A stretch of 64,000 nucleotides of DNA from a virus. Lineage: Duplodnaviria > Caudoviricetes. The stretch covers positions 31,183 through 95,182 of the IMG/VR virus record IMGVR_UViG_3300044652_000032; one strand, 5' to 3'. This document shows positions 8,661 through 18,216 of the stretch, one piece after another (position 1 is the first letter of the stretch; every line of letters starts with the position of its first letter). The notes below the pieces were generated by a model that ran no database searches, was not told the DNA's origin, and was given only the letters and a program-made list of their open reading frames with translations. A program made the translations under genes and the position numbers.

Positions 8661-9107
8661 ATGGCCGACGAGATCAGCGAGGCTTTCAACTACACGTTCG
8701 GCGCGCTCAAGACCGCGCTCGCCTCGTACGTAGGCGGAACGCCGCCGCGCATCTACCAGATGACGGCCCCGAACAACCCGTGGGAGCTGGGCGACCGTTA
8801 CCTGCTGGGCGTCCTGATGTCGCCGGGACAGGACTTCGTCGGCGCGGGCGGCGTCCGGCTGCAGGTGAATCCGCTGATAGCGTGGTACTTCGTCAAGAAG
8901 GGCGACATTGACGTCGCGCTGCGTAACGCGGACAAGGCTATGGACAACGTGCTGACCAACGTCCGTGCCACCATCAGCAACGGCTACGTCTTCAGCGTGG
9001 TGCGCGAGCAGGGCTGGTACCGCACGCCGCGCGATCCTCGGCAGACAAAATTTTCAGAGTTGGGCGGTGCGTATCGCTACTACATCAGAAAGCAGGACGG
9101 AACCTAG
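8661..9107 (+). CDS. Tail terminator protein
   Basis: Located between the gp10-like gene and the tail tube; ~150 aa. Confidence 0.6.
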   Translation: MADEISEAFNYTFGALKTALASYVGGTPPRIYQMTAPNNPWELGDRYLLGVLMSPGQDFVGAGGVRLQVNPLIAWYFVKKGDIDVALRNADKAMDNVLTNVRATISNGYVFSVVREQGWYRTPRDPRQTKFSELGGAYRYYIRKQDGT

Positions 9108-9210
9108 TACTGTTAGTTTGTCGGTGGTCGGTACAACTTAACAGCGGCAGGCCGCGCAGTAGAACGTCGCGCCGAACGTCCGTCTCCCGCATCGGCGGAG
9201 GAGCACGCAG

Positions 9211-10209
9211 ATGACTATCCGTTCATCCATTGATCGTGGCGTACAGATCGGGGTGGAGACAACCCCCGGCACACAGGTCGCAGGCAACCGCAAGTTGACC
9301 TCGCTGGACGTCCAGTGGTCGCCCAACGTCATCCATCAGGAGTTCCGCGCCGCCGGACGCAAGTATCCGGGCGCGAGCGTAGTCCACGGCATCGATGCGA
9401 AGGGGACGTGGAACTGCATCGCGGACTTCAACGCGCTGGTGTACCCCTTCAGCGGCTACGTCGGCGGCGTAATAACCACACCGAGCGGCGGCACGCTCTC
9501 GCGCAACTGGGCCTTCACGCCCGTGATGGTGGGCCGCGACACGAACCAGAAGACGTTCACCGCCGAGCGCGGGGACGCCGTCGCCGCGCAGGTCGTCACC
9601 TTCCTTCAGTTCAACAGCATCACCTGCCGCTGGCAGCGCACGCCGACATCCGCCGACCTCTCCTTCAACGGCGACGTCTTCGCCCGCTCGGCCACGGACG
9701 GCCAGACCCTTACGGCCTCGCCCACGACCATCGCGCAGTCCGTCGCCAGCGCACCGCAGATCCGCATCTACATTGACACAACTTACGGTGGCATCGGGAC
9801 AACGCCCGTCACCGCCGCGTACGAGGGAGGCTTCTCGCTGGGCGCGAAGTTCTCTCCGTTCTACGCCTTCGACAACACCTCGACGTTTCAGGACACGGCG
9901 GAGCTGGCCCCGCCCGTTACGTTCAACTTCCACACGGCGCACAACGCGCAGTCGCGCGCCTTCTTCGCCAACATCAACTCCAACGCCACGTACTTCACGC
10001 GCTTCGAGGTCATCGGCCCGATACTGGAAGGCTCGATCCACGCCAAGTTCGTGCTGGACATCGCGGGGCGCTACATTGCCGCCGCCGAGGAGGACGCCTC
10101 GGGCGTGTACGGCTACAACTACACGCTGCAGGCCTTGGAGGACTCGACCTTCAACACCACGGGCGGCATCTGGCTGGCGAATATCGTTAACTTGTTGACC
10201 AGCTTATAG
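9211..10209 (+). CDS. Major tail tube protein
   Basis: N-terminal QIGVETTPGT motif; T-rich; upstream of chaperone and tape measure. Confidence 0.85.
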   Translation: MTIRSSIDRGVQIGVETTPGTQVAGNRKLTSLDVQWSPNVIHQEFRAAGRKYPGASVVHGIDAKGTWNCIADFNALVYPFSGYVGGVITTPSGGTLSRNWAFTPVMVGRDTNQKTFTAERGDAVAAQVVTFLQFNSITCRWQRTPTSADLSFNGDVFARSATDGQTLTASPTTIAQSVASAPQIRIYIDTTYGGIGTTPVTAAYEGGFSLGAKFSPFYAFDNTSTFQDTAELAPPVTFNFHTAHNAQSRAFFANINSNATYFTRFEVIGPILEGSIHAKFVLDIAGRYIAAAEEDASGVYGYNYTLQALEDSTFNTTGGIWLANIVNLLTSL

Positions 10210-10221
10210 TTAGGAGCGTTT

Positions 10222-10818
10222 ATGGAACTGGATCTCCTCGACGAGTACCCCGTCACCTGTGAGATGGAAGTCATCCACCCCGTGACCGAAGAGGTGGTCG
10301 GCGTACTGACCCTCACCTTCGACGCCAACAAGTTCACGGGCGACTACGACCGGCGCAAGGCCCGCAGCTACGAGGATCGCATCCTCGAGCTGGACACGCG
10401 TGCGCGCCGCAAGATGTTGTCCGCCACCACGGACGGTCAGGAGGAGGCGGGCGCGTCCGCCGAAGACGACGACCCTACGGGCTGGCGCGCCATCGCCCGC
10501 AATTACACGGAGGAGCGGGAGACCGACGCCATCATCCACGACATCGGGCGCGAGGTGATGGCCTCGGCGCTGGCGAAGGATCGCGGCGGCCCGATTATGG
10601 CGTGGTCGGGCACACGCAACGGCCAGCCCGTGGAGCCTAACTACGAGGAGTTGGTGAGCAAGCCCGTGCCCTTCCTTGTGGACTTGGAGTTCACGATGCG
10701 CCAGCGCGTGCTCCCAAAAGGAGTCCGGACGGTGAGGGTGAGGACGACGTCCGACAATACCGACGCTACCTCACCCTCGGAGCCGGACACCCCGACAGCC
10801 GACTCCCCGATTATGTGA
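10222..10818 (+). CDS. Tail assembly chaperone (lambda gpG analogue)
   Basis: Acidic protein between tube and tape measure; contains an in-frame slippery heptamer. Confidence 0.75.
   Translation: MELDLLDEYPVTCEMEVIHPVTEEVVGVLTLTFDANKFTGDYDRRKARSYEDRILELDTRARRKMLSATTDGQEEAGASAEDDDPTGWRAIARNYTEERETDAIIHDIGREVMASALAKDRGGPIMAWSGTRNGQPVEPNYEELVSKPVPFLVDLEFTMRQRVLPKGVRTVRVRTTSDNTDATSPSEPDTPTADSPIM
10713..10719 (+). other. Programmed -1 frameshift site C CCA AAA
   Basis: XXXYYYZ heptamer in correct phase; -1 frame open from here to the stop at 11018. Confidence 0.75.
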
Positions 10819-11018
10819 ACGACCACCGCGTCGCTCGCTTCTTGCGTAAGGACGTTGACCGCCTCAGCCACGTGCCCGAGCACCGCATAGCCGAGGCGAT
10901 GGTCATCCTGACGGCGCGGCAGCAGGCGGCGGTCGAGAAGTTGAACAAGTTGCTGCGCGACAGCAAGGGCGCTCTGCAGGTCGTGCTGGACATAGACCTG
11001 CTGCTAGGAGAGTTTTAA
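10713..11018 (+). CDS. Frameshift extension of the tail chaperone (gpGT analogue)
   Basis: -1 frame reads PKRSPDGEGEDDVRQYRRYL... into ORF 10815..11018. Confidence 0.7.
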   Translation, partial: PKRSPDGEGEDDVRQYRRYLTLGAGHPDSRLPDYVNDHRVARFLRKDVDRLSHVPEHRIAEAMVILTARQQAAVEKLNKLLRDSKGALQVVLDIDLLLGEF

Positions 11019-11021
11019 GAT

Positions 11022-11360
11022 ATGGGAAAGCGCGTTGGGGTAGAGGTTGTGCGACGGATGAGGCCTTCTTTTGTCCACAAAGAATTTTACCAAAGTCTCG
11101 CCGATAAAAACATTGACGAAATACCTATACTCTGCCCTTGGTGTGGGGCGAAGCAATTTGTCATTTCGGATGAGCGACGCATCTGGTATTGCTTTGGGTG
11201 CGGCAAAGGCGGTAATTCGCTGACATATGTCAAAGCCCAGTTGCAATGGTCAGTTCGCCAATGTTTAGCGTGGCTGCGTGCGACTCTTCCCAAGGAGTAC
11301 AATCACGCCTACTACGAACTGAAGAAAAGTACACCTCTGGTTTCTGACGCTGTGAATTGA
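11022..11360 (+). CDS. Stand-alone primase-type zinc-binding domain protein (CHC2-like)
   Basis: CPWC...IWYCFGCGKGGN motif; visibly lower GC than neighbours. Confidence 0.7.
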   Translation: MGKRVGVEVVRRMRPSFVHKEFYQSLADKNIDEIPILCPWCGAKQFVISDERRIWYCFGCGKGGNSLTYVKAQLQWSVRQCLAWLRATLPKEYNHAYYELKKSTPLVSDAVN

Positions 11361-11369
11361 TGTGTTTTA

Positions 11370-14300
11370 ATGGACGTTGACGTACTCACTACCGTTTACG
11401 AGGGTCGGGACACCGCCGACCGCGAGACCGCCGAGCGCGTAAAGAGCCGCGCCCGCGAGACCACCACCACCTTAGAGCAGGAGGAGCGCAAGCGCAACGC
11501 CGCCGCCGAGAGCCTGCAACGCCAGCGCTCCGCCGCCGTCCTCCAGCAACTTCAGAAGGAGGAGCAGGAGCGCGTCCGCGTTATGCAGCAGGGCGCGCAG
11601 GCGCAGCAGAACCTCCTGGGTCGCTTTCTGCCCGCCGGTCTGCAGTCCAGCATTTTCAACCTACAAGGGCTGGCCAACGACATCCGGGCCATCTCCGCCG
11701 CAGAGCAGGCGGCGGGCGAAGCCGGAGGCGACCTTACAAAGGTGAGCGCAGGAGCAGCCGGAGCGCTGGGCGGGCTCGCCGAGGTGGCGGGGCCGCTGGC
11801 CGTGGCGCTGGCCGTGGTCGCGGCGGAGGAGGCCGTGCTCGTCGGAGCCTTTATCGCTGGCGGCGCGGCCATCTACGAGCTGACGAGCACGGCTGGCGAG
11901 GCCGGGGAGAAGTTGTACGAGCTGCACGTCAAGACCGGACTCTCGGTAGAGACCCTCTCGGCCCTCGACTCCGGCGCACGGTTGACGGGCGGCTCGGTCG
12001 AGCGGCTGGGAATGGGTCTGGTCATCTTCAACCGCAACCTCGAGGCCGCACGGCAGGGCACGGGCCGACAGAAGGACGCCTTCAAAGACCTCAACGTCGA
12101 TCTCCGCGACCACGAGGCCGTCCTCGGCGCGCTGTTTGAAAAACTCCGTGCCGCCCAGCTACAAGGCAACGGCACCGCCGTGGCCATGCAGTACTTCGGG
12201 CGGTCGGGAGCGGAGATGCTCAAGATTGTGGAGGCCTCGGGCGGCAGTCTGGAGAAGTTCAAGCAGCAACTGGCCGGGGCGGACGAACTCATCACCGGGG
12301 AGCAGGCCACAGCCGCGCACGAGTACGAGGAAAGTTGGCGGCGCATCGGCCTGCAGCTCACGGCCATCGAGCGTCAGCTAGGCTTCCGACTATTGCCCGC
12401 CGTTGAGGAGGTCGCCAAAGGCACGAACGACGCGCTGAAGGAGTCGGAGGGCGCGTGGGAGGCGTTCGGCTTCGTTGTGGACGGCGTGGGCCGCTTTATC
12501 AAAGGTAACGTCGGCACCATCATCGAGCAGATGAACGAACTGCGCGCCGCCATCGTTCTGGTTAACGAGGCGGCCACAGGACTGCCGCACCCCGTCTCCA
12601 CCGCGCAGAGTTACCTCGTTGCTCCGGGCGAGGAGGCCGTGCCCGCTCCGAAAATGCCCTCTATGAAGGACATGGCCGCCGGTCTGCCGGAGGTGACGGA
12701 CGAGGAGACCGCCAAGGGCGTGGCCGCACAGGCCCAGCACGACTTCGCCGAGGCACAGCGCAAGCTCGAAGCGGCCAAGGCCGAGCTGGCGCGCGTACAG
12801 GCCGTAACGCCCTCGATGACGTCGGAAGCCTTCCAGAACATGCAGCAGGCCGCCGCCGACGCCACCCGCGCGCAGCTCACCTACCTGCAGGCGCAGATTC
12901 AGGCCAAGGAGTTCGAGCGCAAGGCCGTTGTGGAGACAGACGACCCCAAGAAGGTGCGCGAGCAGCGCGAAAAGGTCAACGACGAGATCACCAAGCTGGA
13001 AGACCAGAAGCGCTCCGTCCGGCAGAAGGCCGACGACGAGGCGCTCCAGCAGCAACAGCAGTTCCAGCAGAAGCAACTGCAACTCCAGCGTGACGCCATC
13101 AACTCCACGGCGCAGATGGCCGCGCGCGAGGCGCAGAGCGTTTACCAGTACCGCCTGCACGCCGCGCAGCAGTCCTACGAGGAGGGGCTGTCCTCGCTCG
13201 CCACCTACGTCAAGGCCGAGCACGACCTTCTCGCGCAGCACCACGAGCAGACGCTCGAAGCGCTGGGACGTGAGCTGACAGCCGCAGGAACGGTCACCGA
13301 CCCGCAGCAGCGCGCAAAGCAGCAGGCCGAGGTCAACGCTAAGATAACGGAGGAGAACCGCAAATTCCAGCAGCAGTCGGACGACATAGACTTCAAACGG
13401 CGCGAGCAGGAGCGGACGGCGCTGAAGGCGCACAACGAGGCGCTCATTGCACTGCACGAGCAGGCCGACCAGCGCGAGCTGGAGGAGATGAAGTTGACTG
13501 GGGCGACCGCAACGGAGATCGAGGAGGAGCGGGCGCGACGCGAACTCCTGATCATGCACAACCGCATGCTCCTCGCTTACCAAGAGCGCGACCGCTTCCA
13601 GCGGGACGACCCGCGCTACCGTGCCGCGCAGGACGAAGTGGATAAGTTGATGGAGGAGGCCTCCCGCCAGTCGGACGAGCACTTCCAGAAGATGGCGGAC
13701 GCCCGCATGGAGGACACGCGTAACGCCCAGCAGTACGCGGAGACGTTGCGCGCCGTCAACAAGCAGATAGAAGAGTCCAACCAGTCGGTGCGCCAGAGCC
13801 AGATAGAAGCCCTGCGGGCCTTCCCCGCCTCGGACGACGCGGCCCGCGCCATGCAAACGGCGCTGGACCTTGCCAAGGAGCAGACGCGCTCCGCCGCCGA
13901 GCTGGCCGCCCTCTACAACCAGCGCACGCTTGCCGGCGTTACGCGCGACACGGACACCGACCCTATTAAACGCCGCGAGGCCGCCAATCAGTACGACGCG
14001 CTCAGTCGCGAGATCGAGGCTAAGGAGCGTGAGCACCAGCAGCGCATGACCGATATCCGGCACAAAGCGGCGGAAGAGGAGCGACAGGACAGACTGAAGA
14101 AGGAGGAAGACATCAGCAAGATCCTCATCGCCGGGTTGGACGCCTTCGACGGTCACTGGGGCAACATCTGGAAGGCGATGGCGCAGACCGCGATAGGCGA
14201 AGTGCGGCAGATAGCCGACGAGCTGGCGAAGTCGGGGTTGGAGGCCATCCTCGACCCCAACCACAAGACGCGCGGCTCGGCGGCGGGTGGTCTGGTCGGT

Positions 14301-14831
14301 AGCATCACCAACATGATCCTCAAGCAGTTCGGTCTGCTGGACACGGGTATGCAGGCTGCGGACGTCGCGGCCACCACGGCCAACACCACCGCCACCGTAG
14401 CCAACACCGCCGCGCTGCTGGACGTGGCCGCCGCGATAGGCGTAAGCGGAGGCGGTACGGGCGGCGGGGCCGTGGGGCTGGGCGTTAGCCTTCTCACGGG
14501 CCTGTTGGGCGGCATCGGCGGCGGCTTTATGAAGGGCGGCATCGGCGGCGGAACGATCGGCAAGGTGACGCCGCACGCCACAGGCGGGCGCGGCTATAGC
14601 GGGCTGATGGAGGTGGGCGAGCAGGGGCCGGAGTTAATTGACCTGCTCGGCTCCGGCGACATTTATACCGCAGCACAAACCAACGACATCGTGATGAAGG
14701 GCGGCCGCGGCGGCGACACCATCAACATCGTGATGCCCCGAATGCAGTCGCGCAGCTACGTCCAGCGTCGCGCGATGCGCGAGGGCGCTGAGATGGTCTC
14801 GTCGCTGGTCGGCCAGAGGAGAAAACATTGA
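11370..14831 (+). CDS. Tape measure protein
   Basis: 1153 aa, A/Q/E-rich coiled coil, hydrophobic segments, C-terminal HATGG...VGEQGPE motif. Confidence 0.93.
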   Translation: MDVDVLTTVYEGRDTADRETAERVKSRARETTTTLEQEERKRNAAAESLQRQRSAAVLQQLQKEEQERVRVMQQGAQAQQNLLGRFLPAGLQSSIFNLQGLANDIRAISAAEQAAGEAGGDLTKVSAGAAGALGGLAEVAGPLAVALAVVAAEEAVLVGAFIAGGAAIYELTSTAGEAGEKLYELHVKTGLSVETLSALDSGARLTGGSVERLGMGLVIFNRNLEAARQGTGRQKDAFKDLNVDLRDHEAVLGALFEKLRAAQLQGNGTAVAMQYFGRSGAEMLKIVEASGGSLEKFKQQLAGADELITGEQATAAHEYEESWRRIGLQLTAIERQLGFRLLPAVEEVAKGTNDALKESEGAWEAFGFVVDGVGRFIKGNVGTIIEQMNELRAAIVLVNEAATGLPHPVSTAQSYLVAPGEEAVPAPKMPSMKDMAAGLPEVTDEETAKGVAAQAQHDFAEAQRKLEAAKAELARVQAVTPSMTSEAFQNMQQAAADATRAQLTYLQAQIQAKEFERKAVVETDDPKKVREQREKVNDEITKLEDQKRSVRQKADDEALQQQQQFQQKQLQLQRDAINSTAQMAAREAQSVYQYRLHAAQQSYEEGLSSLATYVKAEHDLLAQHHEQTLEALGRELTAAGTVTDPQQRAKQQAEVNAKITEENRKFQQQSDDIDFKRREQERTALKAHNEALIALHEQADQRELEEMKLTGATATEIEEERARRELLIMHNRMLLAYQERDRFQRDDPRYRAAQDEVDKLMEEASRQSDEHFQKMADARMEDTRNAQQYAETLRAVNKQIEESNQSVRQSQIEALRAFPASDDAARAMQTALDLAKEQTRSAAELAALYNQRTLAGVTRDTDTDPIKRREAANQYDALSREIEAKEREHQQRMTDIRHKAAEEERQDRLKKEEDISKILIAGLDAFDGHWGNIWKAMAQTAIGEVRQIADELAKSGLEAILDPNHKTRGSAAGGLVGSITNMILKQFGLLDTGMQAADVAATTANTTATVANTAALLDVAAAIGVSGGGTGGGAVGLGVSLLTGLLGGIGGGFMKGGIGGGTIGKVTPHATGGRGYSGLMEVGEQGPELIDLLGSGDIYTAAQTNDIVMKGGRGGDTINIVMPRMQSRSYVQRRAMREGAEMVSSLVGQRRKH

Positions 14832-14863
14832 AGCCTCCCGCGCGTTGAAACGCGGAGATTCCT

Positions 14864-15109
14864 ATGGCGCAAGAAGACAGCCGCAAGTGGAAGCGACGCC
14901 CCAGATTCGTGGGGACGCGGCACTACCAGCTTACAGGCACGGGCGCGAGTGCGTGTTACCTCCGCGATGTCGAAGGTAAAACTTTTCAGGCAATCGCGGA
15001 CATGCTCAGCTTAACCCGCCAAGCTGCATGGCAGCATTACTGGCGTCACAAGAATCTGCTTCGTCTCCGGCAACCGGAGCAATTTAGCGAGCAGTCGGAC
15101 GGCGCTTGA
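14864..15109 (+). CDS. Small HTH protein (sigma70 region 4-like)
   Basis: LRDVEGKTFQAIADMLSLTRQAAWQ. Confidence 0.6.
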   Translation: MAQEDSRKWKRRPRFVGTRHYQLTGTGASACYLRDVEGKTFQAIADMLSLTRQAAWQHYWRHKNLLRLRQPEQFSEQSDGA

Positions 15110-15175
15110 AAACGCGCCTCCGGTGGCTACGCATTCCTCCTCAGCTTTTAAGCTGAGGTCTCCTGCGAGGATTTG

Positions 15176-15799
15176 ATGAAGACACTTTTCTTAACCCTTT
15201 TGTTCTGCCTCTTAGCGTGTACGACGGTCGCGGCGCAGAACCAGACGCCCGAAACTCCGAACGCAGCCTTGTTCGGCACGGTGACGCCCGGTAACAACGG
15301 CGGCAGCTTCGTCGGGCAGGTGTGGGGCGGCGGCGCGGGCGTTACTCTAACCGACCGCCACTTCGCCTTTCAGTTGGACGGCGAGCTACAGCACGCCGCG
15401 AAGTCTAACACGGGCACGAACTTCAACGTCGGGTTGCACGGCACGGCACGTCGCTACATTAGTCAACACTTCTTCGGCGCGCTGGGCTTCGACTACTACG
15501 ACCAGACGGGTTTGAAGTCCGCGCTGTTGCCGCGCGCCGGGGCGGGTGTGGGCGGCAAGCAGGCACGCTTCGGCGTGGCTTGGCTGTTCCAGAACAGGCT
15601 GTCCGTCAACCACGAGCACGGAGTCGAGGCCGACTTCTACTACGCGCCCAAGCCCTCGGGCCTGTTTACGGAAATCTTTGTGGACTACATCAAGTTCCAA
15701 AGCTTCTGCTCGCGCGGCGACGCGGGTGTGTGCCGCAAGATGTCGGGCTGGTCGCCCACGTTCCGCGTAGGCTACCGCTGGGGATTGAAGACGAAGTAG
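15176..15799 (+). CDS. Putative outer-membrane beta-barrel protein with signal peptide
   Basis: Sec signal (MKTLFLTLLFCLLACTTVAA), amphipathic beta strands, terminal FRVGYRW strand. Confidence 0.6.
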   Translation: MKTLFLTLLFCLLACTTVAAQNQTPETPNAALFGTVTPGNNGGSFVGQVWGGGAGVTLTDRHFAFQLDGELQHAAKSNTGTNFNVGLHGTARRYISQHFFGALGFDYYDQTGLKSALLPRAGAGVGGKQARFGVAWLFQNRLSVNHEHGVEADFYYAPKPSGLFTEIFVDYIKFQSFCSRGDAGVCRKMSGWSPTFRVGYRWGLKTK

Positions 15800-15813
15800 C
15801 GAGGTAACAAGCC

Positions 15814-16563
15814 GTGGCCGCACTCTTCGACGAACTGCTGTTCCGCCCCGACCTGTTCCGCAAAAAGGACACGGAGAACTTTCCCGTGACCGCACAGCTG
15901 GAGTGGGCCAACAGCCAGCCCCGCAACGCGCAGACGGGTGTCCGTACCACCAGCGTGGGAAGACTTGACCCCGTCAACACCTTTACGATGAGCGTGGGGC
16001 TGCTCAACCCGACGGACATGGACTACGTCAACACCTTCCTGCGCGGCGGGTATGGCTCGGCCTACGGCTGCCGGATGTACCTGCCGCATGACCACACTCT
16101 GACGCTCAACCCAATAGCCACCGCCGACGGGGTCAAGACCTCGTTCCCGATAGTCCGCCTCTACGCACGTCCGGGTGATAACTCTCACGTCTATACGCGG
16201 CGGATATTCAAGCCCGTGGTACAGGTGGCCGTGGAGAAGAACGGCTTTCAGCTCACGCAGCCCGGAGACGGCGTGACAGCTCGGGTGGTAGGGGCAGGAA
16301 CGCCCAACTACTTCGACTCCGCCTTCCGCGTCTTCTTCAACGACGGCGCGCACGAGCAACTGTCAGGCTGGACGGTGGACGCCAAGACCGGGATAGTTTA
16401 CTTCTCCGCCGCACCGGCCAACGGAACCGTCATACTCGTGACCTGCGTCTTCGATACGCCGATGGCCTTCGACGGCAATCAGTTTCAGATGATGTACGAC
16501 TACCCCTCCGAGGTGCAGTATCAGGTACGCGAACTGCTCGGCGCAGAACTGGGGCTGACCTAA
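15814..16563 (+). CDS. Distal tail protein (DUF2460/GTA-like)
   Basis: ADGVKTSFPI, RRIFKP, WTVDAKTGIVYFSAAP, FDTPMAF motifs. Confidence 0.85.
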   Translation: MAALFDELLFRPDLFRKKDTENFPVTAQLEWANSQPRNAQTGVRTTSVGRLDPVNTFTMSVGLLNPTDMDYVNTFLRGGYGSAYGCRMYLPHDHTLTLNPIATADGVKTSFPIVRLYARPGDNSHVYTRRIFKPVVQVAVEKNGFQLTQPGDGVTARVVGAGTPNYFDSAFRVFFNDGAHEQLSGWTVDAKTGIVYFSAAPANGTVILVTCVFDTPMAFDGNQFQMMYDYPSEVQYQVRELLGAELGLT

Positions 16564-16802
16564 TGCAGAAGGAAAGCTTCTTCAAGCGTTATCAGGGCTA
16601 CATCAGCGCCGTGCTGGTGAGCGGGAGCGTTCTGTACGCAGCCTTTAACGTCGGGCGGAGCATCGGTGAGGGCGTGCAGAAGGTGTCTGGCCAACACGAA
16701 CAGATTATCAACGCGCAGACCGAACAGCAAAAGGAGATTGACAAGATACTGGAGCAGCAGAACCGGCTGATAGACATCTACCTGAAAGGTTGTGGTAAGT
16801 AA
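16563..16802 (+). CDS. Small membrane protein (one TM helix plus coiled coil; holin-like?)
   Basis: TAATG-coupled start; hydrophobic YISAVLVSGSVLYAAF. Confidence 0.4.
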   Translation: MQKESFFKRYQGYISAVLVSGSVLYAAFNVGRSIGEGVQKVSGQHEQIINAQTEQQKEIDKILEQQNRLIDIYLKGCGK

Positions 16803-17664
16803 CGGTATGGGCGCACCCGGCGCATCGATGTTGGCGCACTTGCAAGGAAGCCCTCGCTTCCTTTTTGACGTGTGGAAGATCACGGCGCAGGACGGTGCCG
16901 TGGCGGCCTACGCCAACTGCACGCGCGACATTGTGTACGGCGGGGTGACGTACAAGGCGGCGGCCTCCGAACCCACGCGCGCCACGCGCAAGAAGGGTCT
17001 GAGTCCGGACTCGGCGGAACTCGCGGGCGTGTACGACTCCGTTATCAATCGCGCCGACATCCACGGGCGACGTTGGGCCGATGCCGCCATCCAAATTGAT
17101 CGCGTCAACTTTTTCAATCCCGATGCGTGGGGCAGCGCATTAACACAACGCGGATTCGCCGGCAAGTGGAGTCCGGGCCTCTACAACTTCACAGTCGAGT
17201 TCCTCGGCCTCAGCTCGTGGCTGCACCAGCCTATAGGCAAGTTGACCAGCCCGATAGACCGCACGCGCCGCGCCGACCAGACGGGCGTCTCGATGACCGG
17301 ATTCATCCACGCGACGACCGTTACCGCCGTCGTCACGCAGCGCAGAATCTTCAAGGTGGGCTACGTGCAGCCCTCCGCGGACTACTTCAAGTACGGGATA
17401 GTGACGTGGACGTCGGGCGGTAACAACGGTCTGGCGCAGGGCGAGGGCAAGACCTCCACGACCACGGACTCCGGCACGCGCACGCAGATCGAGTTGCAGC
17501 GCCCCACGCTGCGGGACATCACCGTGGGCGACTCGGTGACGCTCGTAATAGGCTACGACGGCACTCTCAACGCGGCAAAGGCTTTGGGCGCTAACGCCGT
17601 GCTCAACTTCGACGGAGATCCATTCATGCCATTACCGGATGACCCGCTGCGTTATCAGCCATGA
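16792..17664 (+). CDS. Baseplate hub protein (DUF2163/BR0599-like)
   Basis: WKITAQDG, YFKYGIVTWTSGGNNG, VGDSVTLVIGYD, NFDGDPFMP motifs; the usual Fe-S cysteines are absent. Confidence 0.85.
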   Translation: MVSNGMGAPGASMLAHLQGSPRFLFDVWKITAQDGAVAAYANCTRDIVYGGVTYKAAASEPTRATRKKGLSPDSAELAGVYDSVINRADIHGRRWADAAIQIDRVNFFNPDAWGSALTQRGFAGKWSPGLYNFTVEFLGLSSWLHQPIGKLTSPIDRTRRADQTGVSMTGFIHATTVTAVVTQRRIFKVGYVQPSADYFKYGIVTWTSGGNNGLAQGEGKTSTTTDSGTRTQIELQRPTLRDITVGDSVTLVIGYDGTLNAAKALGANAVLNFDGDPFMPLPDDPLRYQP

Positions 17665-18146
17665 GCCAAGTATTAACAGAACCGACGTTCGTCAAGCCCG
17701 AGGGGTGGGGCGCGCTACCCTGCGGCGAGCGCATAGTCGTAGCCGCGCGCTCGTTTATAGGTGTTCCGTGGGAGCATCAGGGACGGTCGTGGCAAGGGAT
17801 AGACTGCTGCGGCTACATAGCCGAGGTTGCGCTTTTGAGCGAGGCCGTTCCGGACGTCAACTTCGAGCGCGACTACCGCCGGAGCGAGAACGGCGAGCGG
17901 ATGCTGGCGCTGCTCCGGCGGTACCTCGACCCCGTGGAGCCGGGGGACGAGCAGGTGGGCGATATCCTTGCGCTGTGCGACGAGCAGTTGCGCGAGCCAC
18001 TGAAGCCCGTGCACCTCAGCATCCTGACGCAGACCGACCCATACTGGATGATGATCCACGCCTCGGCGCACGGCGTGCGAGAGCACCGCATGGATGTAAG
18101 GTTCCGCCAGCGCGTAGTGAGCGCGTGGCGCGCGAGGCGACGCTGA
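17661..18146 (+). CDS. NlpC/P60 tail-associated peptidase
   Basis: ARSFIGVPWEHQGR...GIDCCG, HLSI, MIHA. Confidence 0.92.
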   Translation: MSQVLTEPTFVKPEGWGALPCGERIVVAARSFIGVPWEHQGRSWQGIDCCGYIAEVALLSEAVPDVNFERDYRRSENGERMLALLRRYLDPVEPGDEQVGDILALCDEQLREPLKPVHLSILTQTDPYWMMIHASAHGVREHRMDVRFRQRVVSAWRARRR

Positions 18147-18216
18147 GAGCGGTTTTTGCGCCGAAAAGGTAGACGCCTCCGCCCCCGAACGGAAAAACCC
18201 CGCAGAGGACGATTTT
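18143..18216 (+). repeat. Dispersed ~75-bp element, copy A (intergenic)
   Basis: 26-bp exact match (18173-18198) to 48424-48449; colinear similarity to the reverse complement of 33771-33850. Confidence 0.8.

Noticed and set aside
12390-14576. Long antisense ORFs (also 4192..5652, 17873..20152, 53394..54833, 59358..60968)
   Set aside because: Shadow frames of GC-rich genes on the opposite strand; no motifs or RBS.
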